The notes under the pieces: model-generated
Seen by the model: only the letters and a program-made list of their open reading frames with translations
What the model was told of the DNA's origin: nothing
Database searches by the model: none
Translations under genes and position numbers: made by a program
Source: Patescibacteria group bacterium
GTDB taxonomy: Bacteria; Patescibacteriota; Saccharimonadia; CAILAD01; BJGX01
DNA length: 36,835 bases
Direction: 5' to 3'
Assembly (NCBI GenBank): GCA_026397045.1
Contig: JAPLVO010000013.1
Span: forward strand, 1 to 36,835
In this document: piece after piece, positions 1 through 8,127 of the stretch
Position numbering within the stretch: position 1 is the first letter of the stretch
How the letters are laid out: every line of letters begins with the position of its first letter

Positions 1-10
1 ATGGACACCG

Positions 11-42
11 AGGGACCCGAAAGGGTCCTTTTTTGATACAAT
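11..42 (+). terminator. Intrinsic terminator hairpin fused to an extended -10 box (TGATACAAT)
   Basis: AGGGACCC-GAAA-GGGTCCTT stem-loop, T-tract, then GATACAAT; near copy at 842-875. Confidence 0.75.
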
Positions 43-48
43 ATGTGC

Positions 49-801
49 ATGACCAGTCCCATAACAAAGAATAACGAAAAATCTTATGACCTGCATGCTA
101 ACGACTGGCACAATGCAATGGCGACAAACTTTGGGCACAAATACCTTGAGAAGCCAGCCATGACTAGCCTTCTGCCAGAATCGCTGCAAGCTAAATCCGT
201 CCTATGTATAGGCGTGGGCACAGGTGAGGAGCTGAGTGAGCTTATCAATCGAAGCCCAAGAGAAGTTGTTGCAATTGATATCTCAGAGGAACTACTCAAG
301 ATTACTGCGTCTAAGTTCCCCGATATTGAGCTCCACAAAATGGACATGATGGATCTCGCATTTGCAAGCGAACGCTTTGACTATGTATATTCTAGCTTGG
401 CCCTTCATTACGCCAATGATTGGGACAAGCTACTCACAGGGATATTTAGAGTTCTAAAACAGAACGGTCATCTTATCTTCTCTACACACAACCCTGCTTA
501 TTGGGGTAAAAAGCCAGCAACAGGAGAATCGTACACTAACTTGCGTGGGGTGCGGGTCTCGGAGCACCAGGATACATTGCCAGGAGGCGTCGAGATAACC
601 TACTACAATCTCGAGGGTCAAGCAGAAATCAAAGAGGCAGTCGAACACGCAGGGTTTACTCTTGAAAAATCATTTGAACCAGAAGTACGAGAGGCAGACC
701 TTACGTCGCTGAGCGAGGCCGAGTCTCTTAGCTACACAAAGCTAAAGACCAAGAACGCATTGCTACCATTGTTCTACATTGTTAGCGCAACCAAGAGCTA
801 G
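49..801 (+). CDS. Class I SAM-dependent methyltransferase
   Basis: Motif I VLCIGVGTGE, motif II VVAIDIS, FDYVYSSLALHY, VLKQNG; start moved to ATG 49, 6 nt after TACAAT (ORF track starts at 43). Confidence 0.85.
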   Translation: MTSPITKNNEKSYDLHANDWHNAMATNFGHKYLEKPAMTSLLPESLQAKSVLCIGVGTGEELSELINRSPREVVAIDISEELLKITASKFPDIELHKMDMMDLAFASERFDYVYSSLALHYANDWDKLLTGIFRVLKQNGHLIFSTHNPAYWGKKPATGESYTNLRGVRVSEHQDTLPGGVEITYYNLEGQAEIKEAVEHAGFTLEKSFEPEVREADLTSLSEAESLSYTKLKTKNALLPLFYIVSATKS

Positions 802-841
802 TTTGATTTGGACCACAAGGCCAGCCAACATGCTTATACTC

Positions 842-875
842 AAAAAGACTCGAATGGGTCTTTTTTTGATACAAT
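842..875 (+). terminator. Intrinsic terminator plus extended -10 box, repeat of 11-42
   Basis: AAAAAGACTC-GAAT-GGGTCTTTTT, T-tract, GATACAAT; 26/29 identical to 14-42. Confidence 0.75.
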
Positions 876-921
876 TAAGTGATTAAATAAATAATTATGC
901 TACATAGAATTGCCTGAACTT

Positions 922-1326
922 ATGGACGGAAGAACAATCTACTCACAATACATAAAACCACCGTGGTCGCCACCGTCGTGGGTAATTGGCCTTGTATGGT
1001 CGTTTTTGTATGTGATTATTGCAGTTTCCTTTAGCGCGGTTTTTTATAGTGCATATAAAAAGCAAATTCCGCGGGTAGTTGCTTTGCCTTTTGCTCTTAA
1101 TATTATTTTCAACTTTGCCTTTCCATACATACAATTCGATTTGGCTAATAATTTTCTGGCATCTATCGACATATTGCTCGTTGTAGTCACACTCATATGG
1201 GCACTATTTGCAGTTTGGCGTAAAGCTCCCGAACTCAAATGGGTCGTATATGTAAACATCCCTTATCTTTTGTGGGGCGTATATGCGAGCTCTGTGCAGC
1301 TTGGAATTACTTATTTAAATGCCTAA
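922..1326 (+). CDS. tspO: TspO/MBR tryptophan-rich sensory membrane protein (short form)
   Basis: Y-x3-KPPWSPPSWVIGLVWSFLY and IPYLLWGVYA motifs; start either ATG 922 or TTG 910. Confidence 0.85.
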   Translation: MDGRTIYSQYIKPPWSPPSWVIGLVWSFLYVIIAVSFSAVFYSAYKKQIPRVVALPFALNIIFNFAFPYIQFDLANNFLASIDILLVVVTLIWALFAVWRKAPELKWVVYVNIPYLLWGVYASSVQLGITYLNA

Positions 1327-1339
1327 TTCAGGTACTCAC
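1258..1339 (+). repeat. Direct repeat copy 1 (tspO 3' end)
   Basis: Ungapped manual alignment to 2713-2794, about 69/82 identical. Confidence 0.9.
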
Positions 1340-1346
1340 ATTACGG

Positions 1347-1374
1347 TGTGATAAGTTAAATCAAACTTATCACA
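1347..1374. repeat. Perfect 11-6-11 inverted repeat
   Basis: TGTGATAAGTT-AAATCA-AACTTATCACA. Confidence 0.85.
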
Positions 1375-1501
1375 TAGCTTATGATTTTGATATTTAACAT
1401 ACTGAGGCTCAGCTATTGTTAAGGTCTCGGGCTTTGCAATACTCATAAATAGTATCGTAGCTGACCTCATGTCGCGAAGATGGAGGAAGCTATATCAAAG
1501 T

Positions 1502-1966
1502 TTAGTTCGAACACCGCTCTGAATTGAGTACTATACTGAGTTCGATATATTCAGCACTAGTACTATCATCTGGGGCTTCAAGCATGCCGTATATATCAGG
1601 CTGAAAGATATTGATATATTGCTTTGATATATTGGCGCGCTGTCCACCATTTGGCGTTGCTTCATTGGTCACTTGCCATCCATCTTTACGGAGTTGATCT
1701 ATTATTGTCGAATATACTGATTCTGTTGAGCCTTTATCGGTAATACTTCTACCTTTAATGTCAAGACACCCTTCCTGAAAAAGCAGAGAAGATCCACCTT
1801 GATAGCTTCTTACATTTTGAGGGCTGGGAAGATAAGTATTTATAACATCTTCAGCGTTAGATATACTTGTAGGCAGGGATTCAATATATAAGAATGAAAT
1901 GAAAGCTGCGGCGAGGATCGTTATCGAAAGAATACCTAAGATTATTCTTTTGATCAGTTTATTCAT
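1502..1966 (-). CDS. Hypothetical membrane-anchored/exported protein
   Basis: 154-aa ORF with basic N-terminus, one hydrophobic helix and two Cys; no family recognised. Confidence 0.7.
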   Translation of the reverse strand: MNKLIKRIILGILSITILAAAFISFLYIESLPTSISNAEDVINTYLPSPQNVRSYQGGSSLLFQEGCLDIKGRSITDKGSTESVYSTIIDQLRKDGWQVTNEATPNGGQRANISKQYINIFQPDIYGMLEAPDDSTSAEYIELSIVLNSERCSN

Positions 1967-2173
1967 AGCAGTAATTATCTATTATGCTTAATAAAACGTC
2001 AAGGCCCACAAAAACTTTAGTAGAACGGTTTTAGTATTCTTATTTCCTTCGAGGGCTTGGTTCAATGCTAAAAAAATTCTAGAGTTCTTAATCTCTCATG
2101 AGTTCTAGAATTTAATCTACATTATAATTTGGATCATGCTCAGCTGAAATGCCGACACTAATTACTTCAAAAT

Positions 2174-2207
2174 AATAAACACCCTTGCAGCTGCAAGGGT
2201 GTTTATT
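2174..2207. terminator. Perfect 34-bp palindrome, probable terminator of the 2233-2634 gene
   Basis: AATAAACACCCTTGCAG|CTGCAAGGGTGTTTATT, just downstream of the minus-strand stop. Confidence 0.75.
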
Positions 2208-2232
2208 CGAACTTAAGCTTAAGTATGCTTGC

Positions 2233-2634
2233 TTAAGATTCTTTGATGTCGCCACCGTGAACAAGTAGTGCATATATGATGCAAACTGAGACGACTATAA
2301 GTATAACCGACCAAATTGGTTGGTAAGGTATAAATACTAAGTTAGCACATGCGTATACTACAGCAAGTACGATACCAACAATTCGGCCGTAAATGTTGCC
2401 TTTTAGCACTGAAAGGCCAGCTAGTAGTATTAGTACACCTACTGCTAAGTGGTACCAGCCCCAGGCATTTAAGTCTATAGCCAAGATGTTGTTTGCGCCA
2501 ACCACATATACTTCTGGCTGAAACAAAGCTATAAAGCCAACGATGCTAGCGAAAAAACCCTGTAGAATCATTAGTACACCTGCAAAAGCCGCCCAGCCTA
2601 CCCATCCACTCATTTGTTTGTTTGATTTGTCCAT
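2233..2634 (-). CDS. Small multi-pass membrane protein (resembles DUF7144 family)
   Basis: About 4 hydrophobic helices, GWxxFAGVLMIL and WGW motifs; AAGGAG SD upstream. Confidence 0.75.
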   Translation of the reverse strand: MDKSNKQMSGWVGWAAFAGVLMILQGFFASIVGFIALFQPEVYVVGANNILAIDLNAWGWYHLAVGVLILLAGLSVLKGNIYGRIVGIVLAVVYACANLVFIPYQPIWSVILIVVSVCIIYALLVHGGDIKES

Positions 2635-2712
2635 ATTTTAAATTCTCCTTTTTAAATATTGCTATGCTTAAACATTAACACTACTTTACAATACGGGCAA
2701 TGTTCTGTAGGT

Positions 2713-2794
2713 ATCCCTTACTCTGTGTGGGGCGTATACGCGACCTCCGTGCAGCTTGGAATTACTTATTAAATTGCCGAATTCATGAGCTCAC
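2713..2794 (+). pseudogene. Degenerate copy of the tspO 3' end (direct repeat copy 2)
   Basis: Translates IPYSVWGVYATSVQLGITY* versus IPYLLWGVYASSVQLGITYLNA* in tspO. Confidence 0.85.
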
Positions 2795-2961
2795 GGTACG
2801 CTCAGACTAATGGGTATTAAGAGAGTAAGACTTAATTGCTATACAGCAATATTTATTTGCCAAATATAAGCTGCTTACTCTAATTTTAACTTTTAGCTAG
2901 TGAATATCTTAAAAAGTGCTATAATTCAGTTTATTAAATAATTAAGAAGGAGTAAACAGAA

Positions 2962-3153
2962 ATGATTACAGGATACTGTGTTAAATGCAAAGAAAAAGGA
3001 GTTGAATTATCAGCCCCAGAGATTCACCAAACTAGTAAAGGTGGATATATGGCCAAAGGCAAGCACGAAAAATGTGGAACAACTGTTTGTGCGATGATGT
3101 CTAAAGATAATGCCGAAAAAGCAATAGCAGACGGCGCTACAAAATCCTACTAA
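2962..3153 (+). CDS. Small zinc-ribbon protein (DUF5679-like)
   Basis: YCVKCK...KGKHEKCGTTV; AAGGAG SD; TGCTATAAT promoter box upstream. Confidence 0.75.
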   Translation: MITGYCVKCKEKGVELSAPEIHQTSKGGYMAKGKHEKCGTTVCAMMSKDNAEKAIADGATKSY

Positions 3154-3184
3154 GCTAAACCCATAATATATTCTAGAAGGCTTT

Positions 3185-3212
3185 GTGTGCCGGCTGATCT
3201 AAGTCGGCACAC
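3185..3212. terminator. Stem-loop after the zinc-ribbon gene
   Basis: GTGTGCCGGCT...AGTCGGCACAC; no U-tract on the + strand. Confidence 0.4.
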
Positions 3213-3301
3213 CCAACCAATACCAGCTATTAAAATTCCGACCTAAAAAGTTAATATTTATTTGTTATAATAAAGCCGTAAATTAAACATTGGAGAAGCA
3301 C

Positions 3302-3682
3302 ATGAATAATCAATCTGATTCGCAGATGACAGTAATAAAAATAGTACGAGGAATTACATATGTAGTCTACGGCTTCACAATTGCCGCCGTTGTTAGCCTA
3401 GGCCTGAGCTTTTTCTTGCTCTTATTTAGTGCCAACCAAGATACCCCTTTCGTTAAGCTGGTGTATCAAGTGGCCTATGACTTTGCACAACCTTTCAGGG
3501 GCATATTCCCACCTCATCCCATAGGCGAGACTGGGTACTTTTCTACAACTGCGCTCTTCGCGATTGTCATGTACTTACTATTCGCTGCTGCTGTAAGCGC
3601 GCTCATAAGCTATATAAATCTCAGGATGGCCAAGCACCAGCAAGAACTTTCTGATATTGAAAACAAGTCATCCAGAAAATAA
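3302..3682 (+). CDS. YggT-family membrane protein
   Basis: FFLLLFSAN...FVKLVY...FAQPFRGIFP pattern between two TM helices; GGAG SD before ATG 3302. Confidence 0.75.
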   Translation: MNNQSDSQMTVIKIVRGITYVVYGFTIAAVVSLGLSFFLLLFSANQDTPFVKLVYQVAYDFAQPFRGIFPPHPIGETGYFSTTALFAIVMYLLFAAAVSALISYINLRMAKHQQELSDIENKSSRK

Positions 3683-3781
3683 CCTACCCATTTTTTCAAA
3701 TATAAGCTAAATACTTTTACTGCCTAACTGGCTTTTTATTATCATATTAGCCTAGCCTGCCTATGTAATGAGGGCGGTATT

Positions 3782-4456
3782 TTAAAAGCTAAGTAGATCG
3801 GGGCGATTCTTTTGGGTCTTCTTCACAGACTCAGCCTTACGCCACACTAAAGTTTTGGAATGATTCCCCAGTAGAAGCACTTTTGGCACTTTCATGCCTT
3901 TGTATTCTTCTGGTCGAGTGTATTGAGGGTACTCAAGAAGGCCTTGGCTAAAGGACTCATCGTGCTGGCTCTGTGAATCACCTAGCACCCCTGGCACTAG
4001 TCTTACGCAAGCGTCAATAGCGGTCATTGCGGGTAGCTCTCCCCCTGTCAAAATAAAATCACCGACAGATATCTCTAAATCAACTAATTTCATTATTCGT
4101 TCATCAAAACCTTCATAATGGCCGCATATTATTATTACTTCTTTTAGTCGGCTAATTTTTCTAGCTGTAGACTGGGTGAATTGTTTGCCGCGAGGCGTCA
4201 TGAGTATTACTTTAGCAAGCGGCAGCTTCTTTTTGATAGACTCAACTGCTTCATATATTGGCTCTGGCTTTAAGACCATCCCCGCACCTCCCCCATACGG
4301 AGTGTCATCGACTTGGCGCCGTTTACCTAGGCCAAAGCTCCGTAGATCAACTATGCTAAACTTTACGAGCTTTTCTTTTTGAGCCTTCCACATCATGCTT
4401 GAGCCGAGAATGGGGCTAAACATCTCTGGAAATAGAGTGATAATTGATATTTTCAT
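3782..4456 (-). CDS. trmD: tRNA (guanine37-N1)-methyltransferase
   Basis: MKISIITLFPEMF, VDDTPYGGGAGMVLKPEP, CGHYEGFDER, SVGDFILTGGE, LEYPQYTRP. Confidence 0.97.
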   Translation of the reverse strand: MKISIITLFPEMFSPILGSSMMWKAQKEKLVKFSIVDLRSFGLGKRRQVDDTPYGGGAGMVLKPEPIYEAVESIKKKLPLAKVILMTPRGKQFTQSTARKISRLKEVIIICGHYEGFDERIMKLVDLEISVGDFILTGGELPAMTAIDACVRLVPGVLGDSQSQHDESFSQGLLEYPQYTRPEEYKGMKVPKVLLLGNHSKTLVWRKAESVKKTQKNRPDLLSF

Positions 4457-4497
4457 GCAACCTATATTATAAAGCAACTAAGCATAACTGTTCAAGG

Positions 4498-4878
4498 CTA
4501 AAGCTCTATATCAAGTTCCTCTAAGCCCTCCCTGGCTTTAGCTTTGATATCCTCGGTACTGCTGAGTTCCGAATTAGGCTGTTGATTGCCTTGCGGCTCA
4601 ATGGTATCACTCTGGGAGCCGGCCTCCTGGCCATCTGGCTCCGAAATCTTAAGGTTATATCGAGCATCCTGCTTGGCACCCAGCACTCTTAGGAGAGTCC
4701 TAATGGCCTTAGCCGTAGCACCTGCTTTACCTATTATCTTGCCCATATCATCTGGGTCTACAGTGAGCTCCAAAAGTACCCCCCGCTCATCAACTGTTCT
4801 TGTTATTTCTACTGATTCTGGCTTGTCTACGATTGTACCTACTATATACTCTAGAAATTCCTGATCTGATTGAGCCAT
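4498..4878 (-). CDS. khpA: KH-domain RNA-binding protein KhpA with acidic tail
   Basis: DMGKIIGKAGATAKAIRTLL; located between rpsP and trmD; AAGGAG SD. Confidence 0.9.
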   Translation of the reverse strand: MAQSDQEFLEYIVGTIVDKPESVEITRTVDERGVLLELTVDPDDMGKIIGKAGATAKAIRTLLRVLGAKQDARYNLKISEPDGQEAGSQSDTIEPQGNQQPNSELSSTEDIKAKAREGLEELDIEL

Positions 4879-4898
4879 ACTTAATTCTCCTTAATATT

Positions 4899-4936
4899 AA
4901 AATACAACCTCATTGTAAACAATAAGGTTGTATTTT
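4899..4936 (-). terminator. Hairpin between rpsP and khpA
   Basis: AAAATACAACCT...AGGTTGTATTTT 12-bp arms. Confidence 0.55.
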
Positions 4937-4950
4937 TCTAGTTCTGGCCA

Positions 4951-5475
4951 CTACTCAGGCTTGGCTTGCTGGATATCTTGGGCTTTCTCTGCGGCTTGGG
5001 CGACCTTTTCAGTGGCCTCTTTTTGGTCTGTGGCCACCTTTGCTTCTGTTGCAGCTGTTTCAGGTGCATCTACCGATTGAATTTTGGCTTCTGATTTGTC
5101 TTCAGCTATATTTGCATCAGCTGCTTCGGGCTCTGCCTGTGCTGGTATCTCAACACCATCGGTTGGGGCTGCGGCTGACTTAGGATCTTCAGCCTCTTGC
5201 TTTGATTTTTTGAACCGGTCATGTGTTTTAGCCCAATCAGGTGTGATTACATCTTGGGTTTGGAGTATACGCAAGACTCTATCGGATGGCTGAGCACCAT
5301 TAATTAGATACTTCTGGGTTAACTCTTTATTAATTTTGGTTTCTTTAGTGTGGGGGTTATAGGTGCCCAATATATCCAAAAACTTGCCAGTCGCGGCCCG
5401 ACGCTTGTCGGCTGCTACTATACGATATATTGCCTGTTTTACTCGCCCGCCACGAGCTAATCGAATAACTACCAT
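4951..5475 (-). CDS. rpsP: 30S ribosomal protein S16 with long Ala/Glu/Lys-rich C-terminal extension
   Basis: MVVIRLARGGR...YRIVAADKR...GKFLDILGTYNP...GAQPSDRV. Confidence 0.96.
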   Translation of the reverse strand: MVVIRLARGGRVKQAIYRIVAADKRRAATGKFLDILGTYNPHTKETKINKELTQKYLINGAQPSDRVLRILQTQDVITPDWAKTHDRFKKSKQEAEDPKSAAAPTDGVEIPAQAEPEAADANIAEDKSEAKIQSVDAPETAATEAKVATDQKEATEKVAQAAEKAQDIQQAKPE

Positions 5476-5598
5476 CTTTTCCTTTTCTTATACTTAGTTT
5501 TTGAAAAACGAATACGATCTATTCTACCTGTAAAATGGGGTTTTTGTCAATATTATCGTTCCCTTCCGAAGCTGAATTGGCAAAAATTACTGCCCTTG

Positions 5599-8076
5599 CT
5601 AGTTAATAATTGATCCGACTGGCAGTGAATCCAGCTTGACTCTTACTACCTGGGAATCATTATCGCCCTTTGTAGTTACCCCAAGAAGCTCGCTGGCTGC
5701 CGACATCGTGTCGTGATTATGAGTAACTACCAGGACTTGAGATTTATTCGAAATACTGGCCAGAAGTTCTGCAAATTTCTTGGTATTTAACTCGTCTAGG
5801 GCTGCATCTACTTCGTCGAGCACAATAAATGGGGATGGATTAGCTATAAGTATCCCGGCCAACAGAGCAACAGATGCCAGCGCCTTCTCTCCTCCGGACA
5901 AAGATGATAGATTCTGGGCTTTTTTATTAGGGAGCTGGACGATTATCTCGACACCATAGCCAAACTCTTGCTCTTTAAGCTCTAGCCGTGCTTGGCCGCC
6001 ACCAAAAAGCTTCACAAAGTTCTTGCCAAAACTAATGTTAATTTTTTCGAAGCTCTTCTCGAATACTTTTTGCATCTTAGCAGTAATCTGAGTAGATGCC
6101 TTATCGAGGTCACCTATAGCCCCTAGAAGGTCTTCTTGCTGAGACTCCAGAAACTCCAGTCTCTGGGTCGCTTTGCTAGCCTCCCTCAAGACACCCGGAC
6201 TTATTTCATTTAGAACCCCAGCCTCTGCCTCTAGCTTCTCAATAGTCGACATGTCAATTTTATCCTCCGAGGCCTTGATGCCCTTAGAGCCAGACCTAAA
6301 CCATTGTCTATAAAGTGCTTTTATGGACTCCTTGGACTCATTTGCTGAAACTAACTCTGCCTTGACGACATCTATCTCGGCTTCTAAGCGTACACGGTTA
6401 TTAGACATCTCTTCATGCCTGAGGTAGTAGGTGTTGTTCGACTCTTCATTATCGTTGCTGGCCAATTCAATCAATTCTTTACGAAGAGCGCCTAGCTGAG
6501 CAATAAGAGTATCTCTCTTCGCCTCTAGCCTAGCCAATTCTAATAATATCTTAGTGTGCTTTTTTTCTAGGCCTTGGGGTTTATTGTCCTTCTCCAATCC
6601 CCTGAGCTGTAAAGTCAGGTCTTTAATTCTAGATGTAGTGTTGGCAAAGTCCATCTCGCTTGCCCTAAGTATAATAATTTCTTTAATCTGGGACTCACTA
6701 ATAACCTCGCGATCACCCAAGAGGCCCGAAATCGAGTTCTGGACGCGCCCGACCTTCATTGCTAATTCAGCGGGGTCATCTTGTATGGAATGCTTTATCA
6801 TTCTGCGTAGCTTGTAGAATACCATCGCCAAATCAGTGTAGGACTTTCCCCTCTGCATGCTGTCTTGTAGTATGTCAATTAGGCCTAGACTATGCCTCAG
6901 ATACTCTGTTTTTTGAGATTTAGAGAGTTGTAGTCTTGTTTCGTCTAGCACCTTGGTTTGATACTTAATCTTGCCATCTAAGGCACTGATCTGTTTCTCA
7001 TTCTTACGTGCTTTAAGTTTTAAAATGCTATGTGTCTTGAGGTGGCTTTCGGAGCTGGCCACAAGATTATCTATTTCTGTCTTTATCTGATCTATAAGCG
7101 GGTTTTGTGTGTTTATTTGGCTGTTCACCTCTTGAATTTCTAATTTAAGCTCAGAAATAATATCATCTGAAGCATCTCTTTCAGACTCCAAAGATGTGAG
7201 TTTTTCTGTAATCTTTAGCGCAGCCTGCCGAGATTTTACAATCTGGTTCTGGCTATGTTGCTTATCTAGCTTTGCTATCTCTGAGAATAAAACTTTAAGC
7301 ATGGCCTTACGGCTTGCTAGCTTAGTGTTGGTCGAAGTTACTAATTTACCAATACTGAGACTAGTTTGGCTGATATAGGCCAACTTACTAGATAGCGTTT
7401 CGGCGAGAAGTTTTTTACGCCTGTCAAACATGGCGGCTTGGCTGCTCAGTATTTCCTGCTGAGGCCTCAGCTCTGAGAGCAGATCCTGCACCTGGGTAAG
7501 ATTCTGCTTTGTGGTCTCGATTCGCTTGCGTGCCTGTCCGAGCTTAATCTCATACTGCTTAATTCCGCTCGCCTCATCGAATAATTGCTTCCTTTCCTGG
7601 CCGCTTGATAGTATTAACCGATCTATCATGCCTTGGCCTATTACCGTGTAGCTCCCCACCCCGAAGCCACTTGAGGCTAATAGTTCTTGTATGTAGCTGA
7701 GGCTAACCCGTTTGGAATTAAGAAGGTAGTTACTTTCACCACTTCGATAGAGCCTACGAGTTATCTCTATTTCGGTAAAGTCCAGCGGGATACTGCCAGA
7801 TTTATTATCGAGGGTTATTATAACCTCTGCCATACTCGCACGAGATTTACTATCTCCTCCATGATAGATCAAGTCTTCCGACTTATCGGTCCTAAGCGAC
7901 TTGTTCTTTTGTTCGCCAAAAACCCACCTTATCGCGTCGGCGATATTGCTCTTTCCTGATCCGTTGGGGCCAACTATTGCCACCAACCCGTCCCCGAAGT
8001 TAATCTTAGTGCGTTTTGCAAAAGACTTAAACCCAGCGAGCTCGATACTAACTAAAGAAACTACTCCTGACTTCAT
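5599..8076 (-). CDS. smc: SMC-family chromosome segregation ATPase, short form (about 825 aa)
   Basis: GFKSF, Walker A GPNGSGKSN, Q-loop VIGQG, LSGGEK signature, Walker B LDEVDAALD, coiled coils. Confidence 0.9.
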   Translation of the reverse strand: MKSGVVSLVSIELAGFKSFAKRTKINFGDGLVAIVGPNGSGKSNIADAIRWVFGEQKNKSLRTDKSEDLIYHGGDSKSRASMAEVIITLDNKSGSIPLDFTEIEITRRLYRSGESNYLLNSKRVSLSYIQELLASSGFGVGSYTVIGQGMIDRLILSSGQERKQLFDEASGIKQYEIKLGQARKRIETTKQNLTQVQDLLSELRPQQEILSSQAAMFDRRKKLLAETLSSKLAYISQTSLSIGKLVTSTNTKLASRKAMLKVLFSEIAKLDKQHSQNQIVKSRQAALKITEKLTSLESERDASDDIISELKLEIQEVNSQINTQNPLIDQIKTEIDNLVASSESHLKTHSILKLKARKNEKQISALDGKIKYQTKVLDETRLQLSKSQKTEYLRHSLGLIDILQDSMQRGKSYTDLAMVFYKLRRMIKHSIQDDPAELAMKVGRVQNSISGLLGDREVISESQIKEIIILRASEMDFANTTSRIKDLTLQLRGLEKDNKPQGLEKKHTKILLELARLEAKRDTLIAQLGALRKELIELASNDNEESNNTYYLRHEEMSNNRVRLEAEIDVVKAELVSANESKESIKALYRQWFRSGSKGIKASEDKIDMSTIEKLEAEAGVLNEISPGVLREASKATQRLEFLESQQEDLLGAIGDLDKASTQITAKMQKVFEKSFEKINISFGKNFVKLFGGGQARLELKEQEFGYGVEIIVQLPNKKAQNLSSLSGGEKALASVALLAGILIANPSPFIVLDEVDAALDELNTKKFAELLASISNKSQVLVVTHNHDTMSAASELLGVTTKGDNDSQVVRVKLDSLPVGSIIN

Positions 8077-8127
8077 CACTCTATTGTACTTGTGATTACT
8101 ACCCTTAAGCAATAAGCTAATAGAATA

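Noticed and set aside
1..10. ATGGACACCG as a possible tRNA 3' end
   Set aside because: Too little sequence at the window edge to establish.
1392..1424. attC-like ends (TTAAC...GTTAA) and a XerD-like arm (TATGTTAAAT on the minus strand)
   Set aside because: Only about 33 bp, far shorter than attC sites; no matching XerC arm; no integrase in the window.
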